63,807 bases of DNA from Octopus bimaculoides. Lineage: Eukaryota. The translations under genes and the position numbers were made by a program. The stretch is taken from the NCBI RefSeq assembly GCF_001194135.2, contig NC_069003.1:19520697-19584503 (forward strand). The letters are read 5' to 3'. Positions 51,678 through 63,807 of this stretch are shown piece by piece (the stretch's first letter is position 1; each line of letters begins with the position of its first letter). Below the pieces are notes generated by a model that saw only the letters and a program-made list of their open reading frames with translations, was not told where the DNA came from and did no database searches.

Positions 51678-51985
51678 GACCCCTTTGGTCATGACTGGCT
51701 ATGGGATTGCACCTAATAAGTCCCCCTCTGAGGCACAAGACTGGGCAAGGTTGTTTATGGAAGACTAGCAGTCACCCATGCATACCAGCCTCTCCTCTCC
51801 ACACCAGTAATGTTGTCCAAAGGAAAGGCAAAGGCTGATACAGCTTGGTACCATTAACATCGCAACTCATTTCTACAGATGAGCGAACTGGAGCAACATG
51901 TCTTGCTCAAGAACACGACACACAACCTGGTCCAGGAATTGAACTCACTATCTCATGTTTGTGAGCCTGATGCTCTAACCACTAC
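51678..51985 (-). mobile_element. SINE family C
   Basis: Reverse complement of 45641-45970. Confidence 0.85.
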
Positions 51986-52864
51986 AAAAGGATGAAAGGC
52001 ATGGTTAACCTTTGTGACATTTGAACTCAGAACATAAAGAGTGTGAACAGTTTTAATAATGGTTTCTAATTCAGACATGAGCTCAGCAGTTTTAAAAGGA
52101 GGGTGTTAGTCAAATAAACAGACTCCAGTACTTGAGCAGGACTTTATTTTATTAAATCTGAAATGATGAAAGGCAAAGTTGACCTCGGCAGAATTTGAAC
52201 TCAGAATGTAAAGCTGAAAGAAATGCTGCTAAGCATTTTTTCTGGAGTGCTGAGGAATGAGTTCTGATTTAGGGACAAGGCAAGCAATTTTGAAGTGAGG
52301 GTATTAGCTGAAGCCATTGACTCAAATACTTGACTAGTACTTTAATGCTAGCATGGAAAGCGGACATTAAACGATAATGATGATAATGATCCTGGAAGGG
52401 TGAAAGGCAAAGTTAACCTCTGTGAGGGTTGAACCCAGAATGTAAAGAAAGTGACTAAATAATAAGTATATTAATAATCATGAAAGACTTGGTCAGAATT
52501 TACACTGGATAACATGCCATAAGTTTGGCCTCCTATATGAGAAGAACTAGTGGAAATATAACCCTGTCATAGTATTAGAAAATCAAGACATCACAGTTCT
52601 TCAAGACTAGTATTCAAATGGATCAAGCTATTTAAACCGATAGACAAGATATTGTTTTCAAAAATCATATTGACAAAACATCAAAACATGTCAGCTCATA
52701 ATTGGTACTCTGCTGATTCTGACAAAATGGGAAACTTTAAATAAATGTAGCATGAAAACTGGTGAAGCAGTGTGCACTCATGCATGTATGTGTATGTATG
52801 TATGTATGCATATGTATATATAATATGTGTTATGATAATGATGCTTACCATGCTGCAATATATA

Positions 52865-53100
52865 CAGTAATCCTTTGACTGTCGCGGGTGTTATGTTCCA
52901 AAACCTCCCACAGAAATAATTAAAATCTAAAAAAATATAAATACCTATTGGTAGCAGAAACCTGCAATACAGCGAGGAGTCTGTGATATAAATTTACATA
53001 TATTAGCCAGAAAAATCCATGATGTACTGAGTGCGCGATAAGTGAACTGCGATGTACTGAGTGCACGACAGGTGAACCATGATATGGCGATGGATTAATG
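52865..53100. mobile_element. Tigger/pogo-like MITE
   Basis: cagtaatcctttgactgtcgcgg / reverse complement cattaatccatcgccatatcatgg termini, TA on both flanks, subterminal duplicated gatgtactgagtgc.cga.a.gtgaac. Confidence 0.8.
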
Positions 53101-53173
53101 TATTGTGTTTTTAAGATAAGTCTATGAAGAAATTTTCTCTCAGACAAAAACGACAGCATCGTGCCTTTCAATG

Positions 53174-53219
<46 letters not shown>

Positions 53220-54318
53220 TTAGTATTATACACATATATTAAGTCTCTCATCAAACAGGAAGGTAATGATGACAGGAATAACTTGCTAACACACCAGACA
53301 CTGGTGAATTATCAATCACTCTTATATCAAATTGTTGATATAAAATATCTTTCCAATAAGAAACATTCTCATTTAATTATACATCGCTGCTTAATATATT
53401 CCAAGATCATAATCAATGTAAAACTTAAAAATATATAAACACATGTGTGTGTGTGTGTTTGTGTGTGTGTTTGTGTGTGTGTGTGTTTGTGTGTGTGTGT
53501 GCATGGAAACAAAATTTAATTAAAAGAAATATCTATGTAATTGTATAAAAAAATTATAATAATAAAATAAAAATAAATATTTGTATTGGACATAAGAGTT
53601 AAAATAATTTTTACATTTTGCAATCAATATATTTTTCATCACAGGTAAATTTTCTACATCACCTGGAGACATCCAATTAAGATCCAAGAAAAATTTATCA
53701 AAATTCCAAATAAATAAATGAATATCTAAAAGCTATCAAAAAGAATATTTACTGTTCATTAATATTTTCAAAGATAAAGTCATTGTTTTTTTTGTTTTTT
53801 TTAATATTTTTGTTTATGGAATTTAAGGTAAAACTTTAATAATAAAATTTCAAGATTCTATTGACAGTCTTGTATCATTTTTCAAGATAGTATAAGAGTA
53901 AATAAATAACTTGACATCTTTTGAAATATCTTAAAACTTGTTCTATTTTTGTCAGTTTCTTTGGCAGGGAGAATGGAAAGTTTAGTTGTTATCGTTGTTG
54001 TTGTTGAACCCTAGGTCAGTCCTGAATGAACAGATCTATGAACAAACACATTCCAGCCATGACCAGTGAATGTGCTATTTTTTTAAGACAGTGTATCTAA
54101 GACTACATTATCCTGAGCTTTTTTTTTTTGTTTTTTAAGCTAACTGAGTATAATTTGAGAGATTTGTTTGTTATTTCTAGCATGTCAAGTGATCACAAAG
54201 AGTCTTTCTAACATTTGTATGAATTACATAAAGTAATTGTAGCTAGAATATAATTTCATAGATTAATATAACATTGGCACTCATTCGGTATTACGTGTCA
54301 AAAGTGAAACAATAAGAT

Positions 54319-54944
54319 CTATATTGTAATGTCATATAATATTGTTTCACTTTTAATTCTAAAGTGATAAAATTAAGATCATCTTATTTCTATTATATTT
54401 GAAATAAATGAATAATTTACATCCTAATGTAAACAACATTATGCATTGGCAACTTTCCGTCTTTATGGCCATGACAGTGGAATGGTGTGTCAGTGTATGT
54501 GTGTTGACTGACATAACAAATGGCTGGAAATGAAACTCTTGACAAAAAACAATGAGGTGACAGGTCCAAGGTATATAAAAATACACATTTACTGTTCAAT
54601 TACCAGTTAATAATTATTGCAGCAGTTGCAAGGTTGCACAACATCAGCAAACGCATGCAGCAGCACATGAAATGGAGTCTCATGATAGAAGCGAGATGAA
54701 ACTTTCTCAAGATCAGCAAAGGGATGCTGCAGCATGTCAATGGCAAGTCTATCACCTCATTGCTTCCCTGGAATACTCCAAATGGACACATGACATGTCG
54801 ATTGCTTGAATTACCCCATTATTTCCTTCACAAATGTTTTGTTGCCAATGTTGCATTTTCTCATATCACCCATTTCAACATAATTGCAATGTACATACTA
54901 ACTATGCCATTTTAATCCCGAGCAATGCCGGGTATCTCTGCTAG
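54319..54944 (+). mobile_element. Non-autonomous Helitron (3' end firm, 5' end tentative)
   Basis: cccg-agcaatgc-cggg hairpin 54917-54932, 8 nt, CTAG 54941-54944, then T; internal QHQQTHAAAHEMESHDRSEMKLSQDQQRDAAA resembles RepHel N-terminal repeats; possible A|TC start at 54318/54319. Confidence 0.7.
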
Positions 54945-54949
54945 TATAC

Positions 54950-55031
54950 ATCGGTTTCACCAGTCCTCAGTCAAATCGTCCAACCCATGCTAGCATGGAA
55001 AGCGGACGTTAAACGATGATGATGATGATGA
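54950..55031 (+). mobile_element. Young RTE-like 3' end with (GAT)n
   Basis: Near-identical to the ends at 1347 and 18445. Confidence 0.9.
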
Positions 55032-55604
55032 TATATATATAAGCAATAAATTAAATAGAAAGATTCAATTGACAATCTAACAATTTATTTATATTATGAT
55101 ATAACATAATATACTATGAATATAATATAAGATAACATAAAAAAATTATTAAAAACCAAAAAAGCCAACAATTTGTTTTGACTTATATACATTATTTGAT
55201 TTATAAACAATTCATATCCATCTATTTAAGTCTCCGACCAACCGACCGACCAACCTACCTACCTATTTATCTATCTCTCTCTCTCTCTTNNNNNNNNNNN
55301 NNNNNNNNNNNNNNNNNNNNNNNNNNNNNNNNNNNNNNNNNNNNNNNNNNNNNNNNNNNNNNNNNNNNNNNNNNNNNNNNNNNNNNNNNNNNNNNNNNNN
55401 NNNNNNNNNNNNNNNNNNNNNNNNNNNNNNNNNNNNNNNNNNNNNNNNNNNNNNNNTATAACTTAGCAGTTCAGCAAAAGAGACCAATAGAATAAGTACC
55501 AGGCTTTAAAAAATAAGTCCTGGGGTCAATTCATTCAATGAAACCTTTCAAGGCAGTATCCCAGCATGGTCACAATCAAATGACTGAAACAAGTAGATGG
55601 TAAA

Positions 55605-55651
<47 letters not shown>

Positions 55652-56438
55652 GTGAAGACTAACTTCTGTGAATAAATCACCCAACAACCATTGTTGTATG
55701 AATGATGATCCTATCCATATGGTGACTGACACATTTTGATTTCTCTCCATGAACAGTTTAATTCCTACCAGTAAACAAGGAGAGCAGGTGAAAAAGTGAG
55801 GAAATCCTTTCATTACATTTTTTTGTCTTTCAAACAATCAGAAGTGACACAAAATGTTTCTTGGTTAATATACATTTCATATTTGTCCTATATCTTTAGA
55901 CAACTTGTATTTGCATTTTGTAGATTATCAGTAAAGAATAATAAGATAGCAGATAATCAATCATGATACTATTATATCGAAGCAGTGTATTCAAGTAGCT
56001 ATCACCATTCAAATCAAGAAAATGAACAGGAAGATGGACTAAAAATAAAATAATTGAAAAAAAAAAATTTTAAGAAAAAAGAATAGAATCACAGTTTTTA
56101 AGATAAAAACTGAAATCATTTTGAATGTATTCTTTGTTTGTTCTTTTTTGTTGAGGTGAAAGCAGCCCTTACAAGTTTGTTGTGGAAACAGTCCATCTTT
56201 GGTTTTTTTATTGTTTAGTATCAGATGATGAAATGATTGCAGAGCAATGTGAAATGAAGTGTTTTGCTCAAGAACACCACAGAATGCTCAGTCTGAGGAT
56301 CAAAACCATGATCTCACAATCGTGAATGTCGCATTCTAACCACTAAGCTACGTGCCTTCATACACACACAAACAGATACATACATACACACACATATACA
56401 TACACACACACATATATGCACACATTCATACACACACA

Positions 56439-56489
<51 letters not shown>

Positions 56490-56602
56490 TATACATATAT
56501 ATAAACATACACATATATAGAATGAGTTTTTAACTCAAATTTCTTGCAATATAGGTGCTTGGCACCTTCAGTCAAAATTAGTGATGATAATTTTTTCTTT
56601 TA

Positions 56603-57345
56603 TGATCGATTGATTGATGGATGGATGGATGAATGAATGATGGCCACTTCCTCATTCTCGAGTATAGCCATCACTTGAAGCATTTCAGAATTGGTATCAC
56701 ATGTGAGGAGCATGGGTGTGACATTCCAGGCTGACAAGTGACCTACACACTTTGGTGTCGATGTTATGCGTAACATCTGTACCACAGTGTACCAACAACA
56801 GGAGCCACTTGTTGGTCATCATGCACTTCCATGTGTCATTTCAAGTTCTCAGCTGATAGGCAAACCTTACTGCATTCATGGCATATTATTATGTTGTGTA
56901 TGGCACAATCCAAGTCAATTCTCTGTACATAACTTCTTTTGTGACTTTTCAGTCCTGCTCCGCTGAAGCAGAATCTCCCACATTCATCACATGTTAGCTC
57001 ACTGTGGTCACCCACACTCTTTCTAGCATCCCTCTTCAACTTTCTGTAATTTCCACGAGCTATTTCAAAATTCTTACTTACATCACATATTGCTTTCTTT
57101 CATTTGCTCAATCAGTTGCAGTTTCTTCCTAATCCTTTTCTAAGACATTAGCTTCCTTCAAGAATGGTTTCATGCAATCTTTGAACCTCATCTTAGATTC
57201 ATGAGGTGGACAGTTTCCATTCCTCAACTCACCATACAGGAGTTGCTTCAGAGTCCTGCAGTCATTCATTCTTACTAAGTGACCCTTCCATTGGGATTGA
57301 CGCTGTAAAATGATTGACTCAATACTTTGACAGTGACTTCTTCCA
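56603..57345 (-). mobile_element. Second RTE-clade (BovB-like) LINE 3' fragment with C-terminal C2H2 finger
   Basis: SIESIILQRQSQWKGHLVRMNDCRTLKQLLYGELRNG...KMRFKDCMK and CDECGRFCFSGAGLKSHKR, then a second C..C unit; (ATCC/ATTC/ATCA)-type tail. Confidence 0.85.
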
Positions 57346-57364
57346 AGGAAATTAACATTATAAA

Positions 57365-57583
57365 CAGGGTGAGCCAAAAGTCACACACCAAAACATTTGA
57401 CATTTTATTTATATTACATTATTATTATCATTATTATTATTATTATTTTGTTCATCATGTACATGTATGTGTGTATTCATCATTATTATATTTTATTCAA
57501 TTAAAAAAAAAAAAATTGAAACGTGTCTTTGACACTTCTGGAGGGTATTAAACTTATTTGTGAGTAACTTTTGGTCCGCTCTG
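57365..57583. mobile_element. Tc1/mariner-type MITE, diverged
   Basis: cagggtgagccaaaagtcacacac / reverse complement cagagcggaccaaaagttactcac; TA on the right flank. Confidence 0.7.
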
Positions 57584-58290
57584 TATACATGTGTGCATGT
57601 GAGTGTGTATGTAAAAATACACACACACACACATGTTGTTGTTTTGATAAAATACCCCCAATACACAATGTAAAGTGGATGGTGTAAGAAAGCCATCCAG
57701 CCACAGAAACCAAGCTGATTTAAAATGTATGAGCAAGAACTGTTTCTCCAAACATGCCTAGGTGGGAATAACTTTAAATATGAACTGATTCGAGTCATGA
57801 AATCTCAACCAACCCATCATGGAAAGCAGGTGATGACAATGATAATGAGAATATGAGTACTTGAAGACAACCAGACAATAAAGCAACTGAAAGATAACTT
57901 AGATAAAAGTACAAATATTAAGTAAATAATCATTAACAATGAGGGAGGGCTGAGAGCACCTATAACTACTCACGCAACAATTCTTAAAAATGTAGACATG
58001 TAAAAAACAAAAATAATAATAAAGCATTATCTGTAAAAATAATAAATAAATGCAACTTCTTTAGTTTTTATCACATTTAGAATAATATATTAAAGTATAA
58101 GTTAATGACAAACAAACATAAATTGGTCTGATTGTGTAATTTATGTAAATTACAGAGGCAAGGAAATATTTAAAATCAAGTAACAAACAAAGCGAAGAAA
58201 CAAAAACAATAAAAGTTGATCGTAATAACAATAAATCCACCATGATATAGATAAATAGAGGTGAGCTGATTGCTGCAGGGTTTTGATGGA

Positions 58291-58343
<53 letters not shown>

Positions 58344-61300
58344 TGAGTATGTGCGTGTCTAAGAGAGAGAGAGGCAGGGCAGGGGAGAGAAACATCATAA
58401 TCAGATTTGATTGATCTAAGTAATAATTTAAATCGTTAAGTAAGTTAGAAAAGAAGTGATCTGCAATAGACTAAAGAGCAACAACAGTTGCTGAAATTAG
58501 TTGATGGTAGTAGTAACAGTGTCACTGAAGTTTAACAAAGTAGTTTCCATTAAAACAAAAATAAACAACAGAATATAAAAAAAAAATGAAACAAAAAATA
58601 TAAAAAAATAACAGTATCAAAATTGACCATAGCTAAACATATAGTTGTACATGTGTGTTTGAGAGAGAGAGAAAGAGAGAGAAAGAGAGATATAGACAGC
58701 ATGTTTTCAGACACTATATTCTCAATTATATACTCAAAAATAAGCTAATATTTCTCTCTTTCTAAAGTCTTAGATAATATTATTTTCCTATATCTGTAAT
58801 CCATTAATCCTTTAGATACCAACCCACCTGAGCCTGCCCCTGTTATAAAGTGATCTCAACTAAAATCTTCCATCAAAATTTCATGTGAATTTATGTTCCA
58901 AAAACCAGCTTAATAATAACAGCAGTTATCTGGCTAAATTCTTTGTTATTTTCAAAATTAATTGAGACAAAGACAGCGTATTTTAAGAGAAATATGTTAA
59001 CAAAAGGATTAACGTGGTACATGCTTCTAACAACAATGACTGCAATGATACTGGTGCCAGACTGTATCAGCCCAAATCAGCAGCTTTTCCCTCAATGACA
59101 AAGAGAAGAAACTTGCATGCATGGCAACCAACAGTTTCTCTCAAAGAAAAAAAAATCATGCCCAGACCTGCACACATGTGCAGATTCATGATCAGCATTA
59201 ACTGATGGAGACCCCTATCATTCACTCTTTCCTTCTCCATCATCCCCTCACTCTAATCACTCAATTTCTATCATCATACTCTGGTTTCCTTCACACATCA
59301 ATCTGGGCTTTTACTGTTATCAGTCAACAATCTGCTGCTCATCTCTTGGCCATGTTGCTTTGAGCAAACAGACACATCAGAGCAGTGAGAGCTCTTTAAG
59401 CTTATCAAAATGCAAGGTAACCTAACTAGTGTTAGTGCCATAATAATATGACCCAGTGCACTCATAAAGAGTGGTGACAACATACGATCAGGAGGACCCT
59501 TTGATTTGACAAGGACATAACAGTTTCTCTAGTGTTGGTGCCATGCTAAAATACACTCCAGATACCCTGTAAAGTAGATGGTATTATAAAGGGCATTTGG
59601 CTGGAGATACCAAACCAAAAATGAAACATGACCTGTTCCTCTGACCCATCTCAGAGAGTAATGGTCCGAAATATGATCCATCGAGGAGGCAGTGGCCCCA
59701 ACTAAGAATTGGCTCTGACCACAATGAATGACACATTCACCCTACGCTAAAAAAAATTCATGGTAATTTTTCATTAGACATGGTATGCCATTCAGAAAGC
59801 TGCAGTTTGACCATGACTGGCATGGTGGCTCCATTGTCAGCTCAATTAACATAGGTTTATACAGAGGTGAGTCTCAACAAATTCCACTTAAGCTTTATTA
59901 CCAAGGTTCACATCCTTGAGTAATCCTCACCCCACCCTCATAGAATATTTAGTTTCTCTCTGTAATATTTAACCTTCAGAATTTGCTGAGTATCAAATCA
60001 CATGACAACTTTGAAACACCATCATCAGAGTTACAGCACATAACCATTTGATCTCTCGTATACTTCTTTCAGTGTTACCTGTCGTATATGACAGAAGAAA
60101 TTCCTAAAACTCTGACGACTGAGTTGGAGGAAAAACTGCTCTGTGGTTGCACGACCTTCTGGAACCACCCAATGGGTATATTATCATCAGACACTTTTCT
60201 AGGCTTGTATGGGTCAGATGGAATGTGTTGAGGCAGATTTTCTATGACTGGATGCCCTTCCTGTCACCAACCCTCACTTGTTTCCAAGCAAGGTAATATT
60301 TCCTCTATGGCCAGACATGCTTTTCACAGGAGACTGGAAATGAACAACATAATTTGTATGATGGTGATGCTCATTTACAACCACCATATGATGTCAAAGC
60401 AAGGGACACACAAATGTGTCTGCCTGTGTTTGAAAATAATTATGGGATGGTCATGGCTGAAATGCTTTGATCATAGGCCTTTTTGATTACAGCCAACTTG
60501 AAATTGAACAACACTTATCAGTTTTAAAATACTATTAGTCTTCTTTCTCTCTTCACATCTTCATCTAATCTCTCATAGTTTCTTTGATGAAATCCATCAC
60601 ATCTCAAGTGTGATCTCTCACATACTACAACCATTACTGACTTTAACAACATCCTCATATGACCTCTCAACCACCACCACTACCACCACCCACCTCACAG
60701 TCACTGATGCCACTGCTGTCACCATCTGCAACAAAGGAACTCAAATTGTAACCATCCCAACTTGTTGATACAGATTGGTGTATCTAGGACAACATTCTCA
60801 AATGTGACCTTTTTTTTAAAGAAAAAAAAGGATACACTGTAGAAAAAATTGAGCTGCAATTTTTAGCTGGGCTAATATAAGCACTCACCTTCTCCTCACT
60901 GACTGACAACAACCTTCATCTAAGGACTGCATGAGTCCGAGCTGTTATTTTAGAGTCAACAAGTGGTGCTGTACATCTTCAGAAATGAAGTGTTAGATGG
61001 AAAGGTGATTTATAAACTAAAGAGAAAAAATATCTGGCAATATAAATTTCTATAAGATTACAGTTTGGTTTATGTGAAGAGGACATCTTAAATTTACACT
61101 TCACTAGACTACCCTCCAAAGTTCTGTTACATTCTATGTCTACGGAATTCTATGTCAACTGATAAATGATGCGAACCACTGGATTAATGCCACAGGCAAG
61201 CACTCTGCTAACAATAGTCATTTATCTGTTAGCCTGTCATATTTGATGTGATGTCTTCACTGGGTTACATTAGATATCACTTAGGTACACTTTAGATTCT

Positions 61301-62167
61301 CAAACTATAATGGCAACATCTATCTAAACAGCTGAACTTGCAGTAGGGTCAGATCTGTTAAAAGGTAAAGGGTGGGGGAAGAGTTTAGCCTCTATGAGGT
61401 CACATTGGCTGCCAGAAATAGCAGCCAAATCTTCCTCAAAAATGCATACTATTGCCATAACCATTTAAGCATTCATATTACTTTGTTAAATATAACACTT
61501 ATTTATTCACATTCCTTTGAATTAAATCATGCACTATCTCATAACTTCTTGATGATGTGTTTGTTTACATTTAGAATGACATTGCAGGGAATGGGTGAGA
61601 GGCCAGATCTGACCAATTTGAACATATAGCAAGTAGAATATTTGGGATGAGCATGGCCAGTTTAAATGCTAAAGGGTTAAAAAGGAAAGAAGTGTGTAAC
61701 CAGAAAAAAGTAGCCATGGATACATTACACCTTAAATCAATGGTGCATTGTTAAAACAGCAATCCAAATAGAAAGCAGATCCCTTTTTTTTTTTGTTGTG
61801 TATATAGGACTTTGCTTATCAAAAATTATTATGCTTTTGGATGGGAGAATGACAGTGATGTACATATGTAACCATAAGTAATGATCTTCTGCTTTCAGAT
61901 ACTTATTGATAGATAAGGGTGTGTATATGAGTGTAGATGTATGTATGAATGCTTCAACATTTGAATATATATATTTATTTTTCTCTCCTTGTTTCTTTCT
62001 GTGTTTCTTTCTGTGTTTCTTTCTGTGGAAGAGCATAGGCGCAAAACGTTAAAGTCTTTTTCACTTCCCAAGCGTTATACTAACATATCAGTTTGTTGTC
62101 TACACCACCTGTCTTCGTCTTTTGTTTTTTTGTGAATTCTCCCTATATACANNNNNNNNNNATAGAC

Positions 62168-62220
<53 letters not shown>

Positions 62221-62874
62221 TTGGCCACTGTGTAAAGTGGCTGGTATTAGGAAGGGCATCCAGTTGTAAAACCCATGCCAGCATGGAAGACAAATGGTAA
62301 ATGATGATAATAATGATATATATTCAAATTTAAGTTTCATGGTCAATTTAATGCCTACACACACATACACACCACATAAAATACCATAAAACAGAATAAA
62401 AAAGAAATTATTCCAGAGTCTTGATATAGGTTTTATGGGCTCTTTTTAATAATTTTTCTACATATTTTTTTTTAAATGGTATATTTACATGTCAGTGTAA
62501 AGAAGAAAGAAACAAAAGTATTCAATAGAAAAAGTAAAATTAAACAAACACACACACAATTTATAGGAAACTCAAAAATCAAAACTTCATTGGCCTATTC
62601 GGAGTTTCTGGGTGCTGATCTTCAAACAAATATTCTGTGTGTGTGTGTGTGTGTGTGTGAGTGTGTGTGTGTGTGTGTATAGAGAGAGATACAAAATAAG
62701 TATGCAATATACTTACTATAGTCAGGATCAGCGGCATAAAGATCTATCTGGTTAATGTCTAGCTGTTTTTCAGCACCATCAGACACAAGGTTCACAGCCA
62801 TATTTGAAGGAGAATGTGGAGTTGGTGCAGAAGAAGCAAGATTGACTTTATTTTTTACTTGAGCTGAAATAGCA

Positions 62875-62880
62875 ACAACA

Positions 62881-62956
<76 letters not shown>

Positions 62957-62970
62957 TAATAATAATAATT
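62875..62970. repeat. (AAT/AAC)n microsatellite
   Basis: Direct reading. Confidence 0.95.
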
Positions 62971-63807
62971 CTTCATAATAGCAACAGCAGAAAGAATATA
63001 CTTCTTTTATTTTTCAAAGGCAAAAAAAAAAAAACAGGTCAATGGAATTGCAAACAAAAATATATTTTCCAAATATAAAACGTCCAGAAATACAACCAGA
63101 GAGAAGGATATGGAACATTGGTGGAACAGCTCTGGTTGTTTGTTGTTGTTTTTTATTACTATATAACAGATAGAATAGTAATAAGGCAATAAGTTCAGAA
63201 GGTAATAGATATAGGAGATAAAAAACAAGGGAGGATAAGGTAGAAAATAAATAAATAAATATCCCAGTCACACATCAACTAAACAATTGCAAACAGTGTG
63301 TGTTTGTGCATGCATAATACATACACACACATATGTACACCCATAAATGCACACACACACATATATATATAAGCATATATGTTCATATATATACATATAT
63401 GCACATATACATTCATATATACATATACATTATATAAATATATATATATATATATTATACGCGTACACATAAATATTATATTCATATGTTATGCATACTC
63501 CTATGCACACACATACACATTTACCCAACCATACACACATGCATACGCACACGGTATAATATGCATACACATACACAGATATATATGCATACACACACAC
63601 ATATATGTATACACAGACATAAAGTTCTTTTATCAAGCACCCATAACATTAGAAATACTATCCATAGGACAGACAAAAAAGAAATACAAAAATACAAATA
63701 AAAAATTGTTTACATTCAAGAATTATGCATCTGCTTGCCTGTCAATCTCACTTTTCAGTGGTGGCAGTGGCGGTGGCGGTGGCGGTGGTGGTGGTGGTGG
63801 TGGTGGT

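Noticed and set aside
2382-57345. Apparent minus-strand bias of ORF-bearing LINE fragments as a clue to host gene strand
   Set aside because: Too few elements; R4-like, Penelope-like and many RTE tails are on the plus strand

Overview
AT-rich eukaryotic DNA, dense in microsatellites, with eight N-gaps. The repeat vocabulary points to a coleoid cephalopod, most likely Octopus (inference from tRNA-derived SINE families and (GAT)n-tailed RTE-like LINE ends; no search run). No host protein-coding gene can be called. Almost all ORFs in the supplied track are microsatellite, N-gap or antisense-TE artefacts. What can be read is a layered TE record: a near-full-length dead mariner with TIRs and TA TSD; RTE-, L2- and R4/Dong-like LINE fragments; a Penelope-like GIY-YIG fragment; a Helitron 3' end; several MITEs; and three SINE families. 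The most interesting unannotated signal is a type I hammerhead-ribozyme fold at 5895-5971, directly behind the Penelope-like endonuclease, plus about six more degenerate hammerhead-like cores across the window. A few short segments with good splice signals may be micro-exons of a long-intron gene. These are low-confidence.
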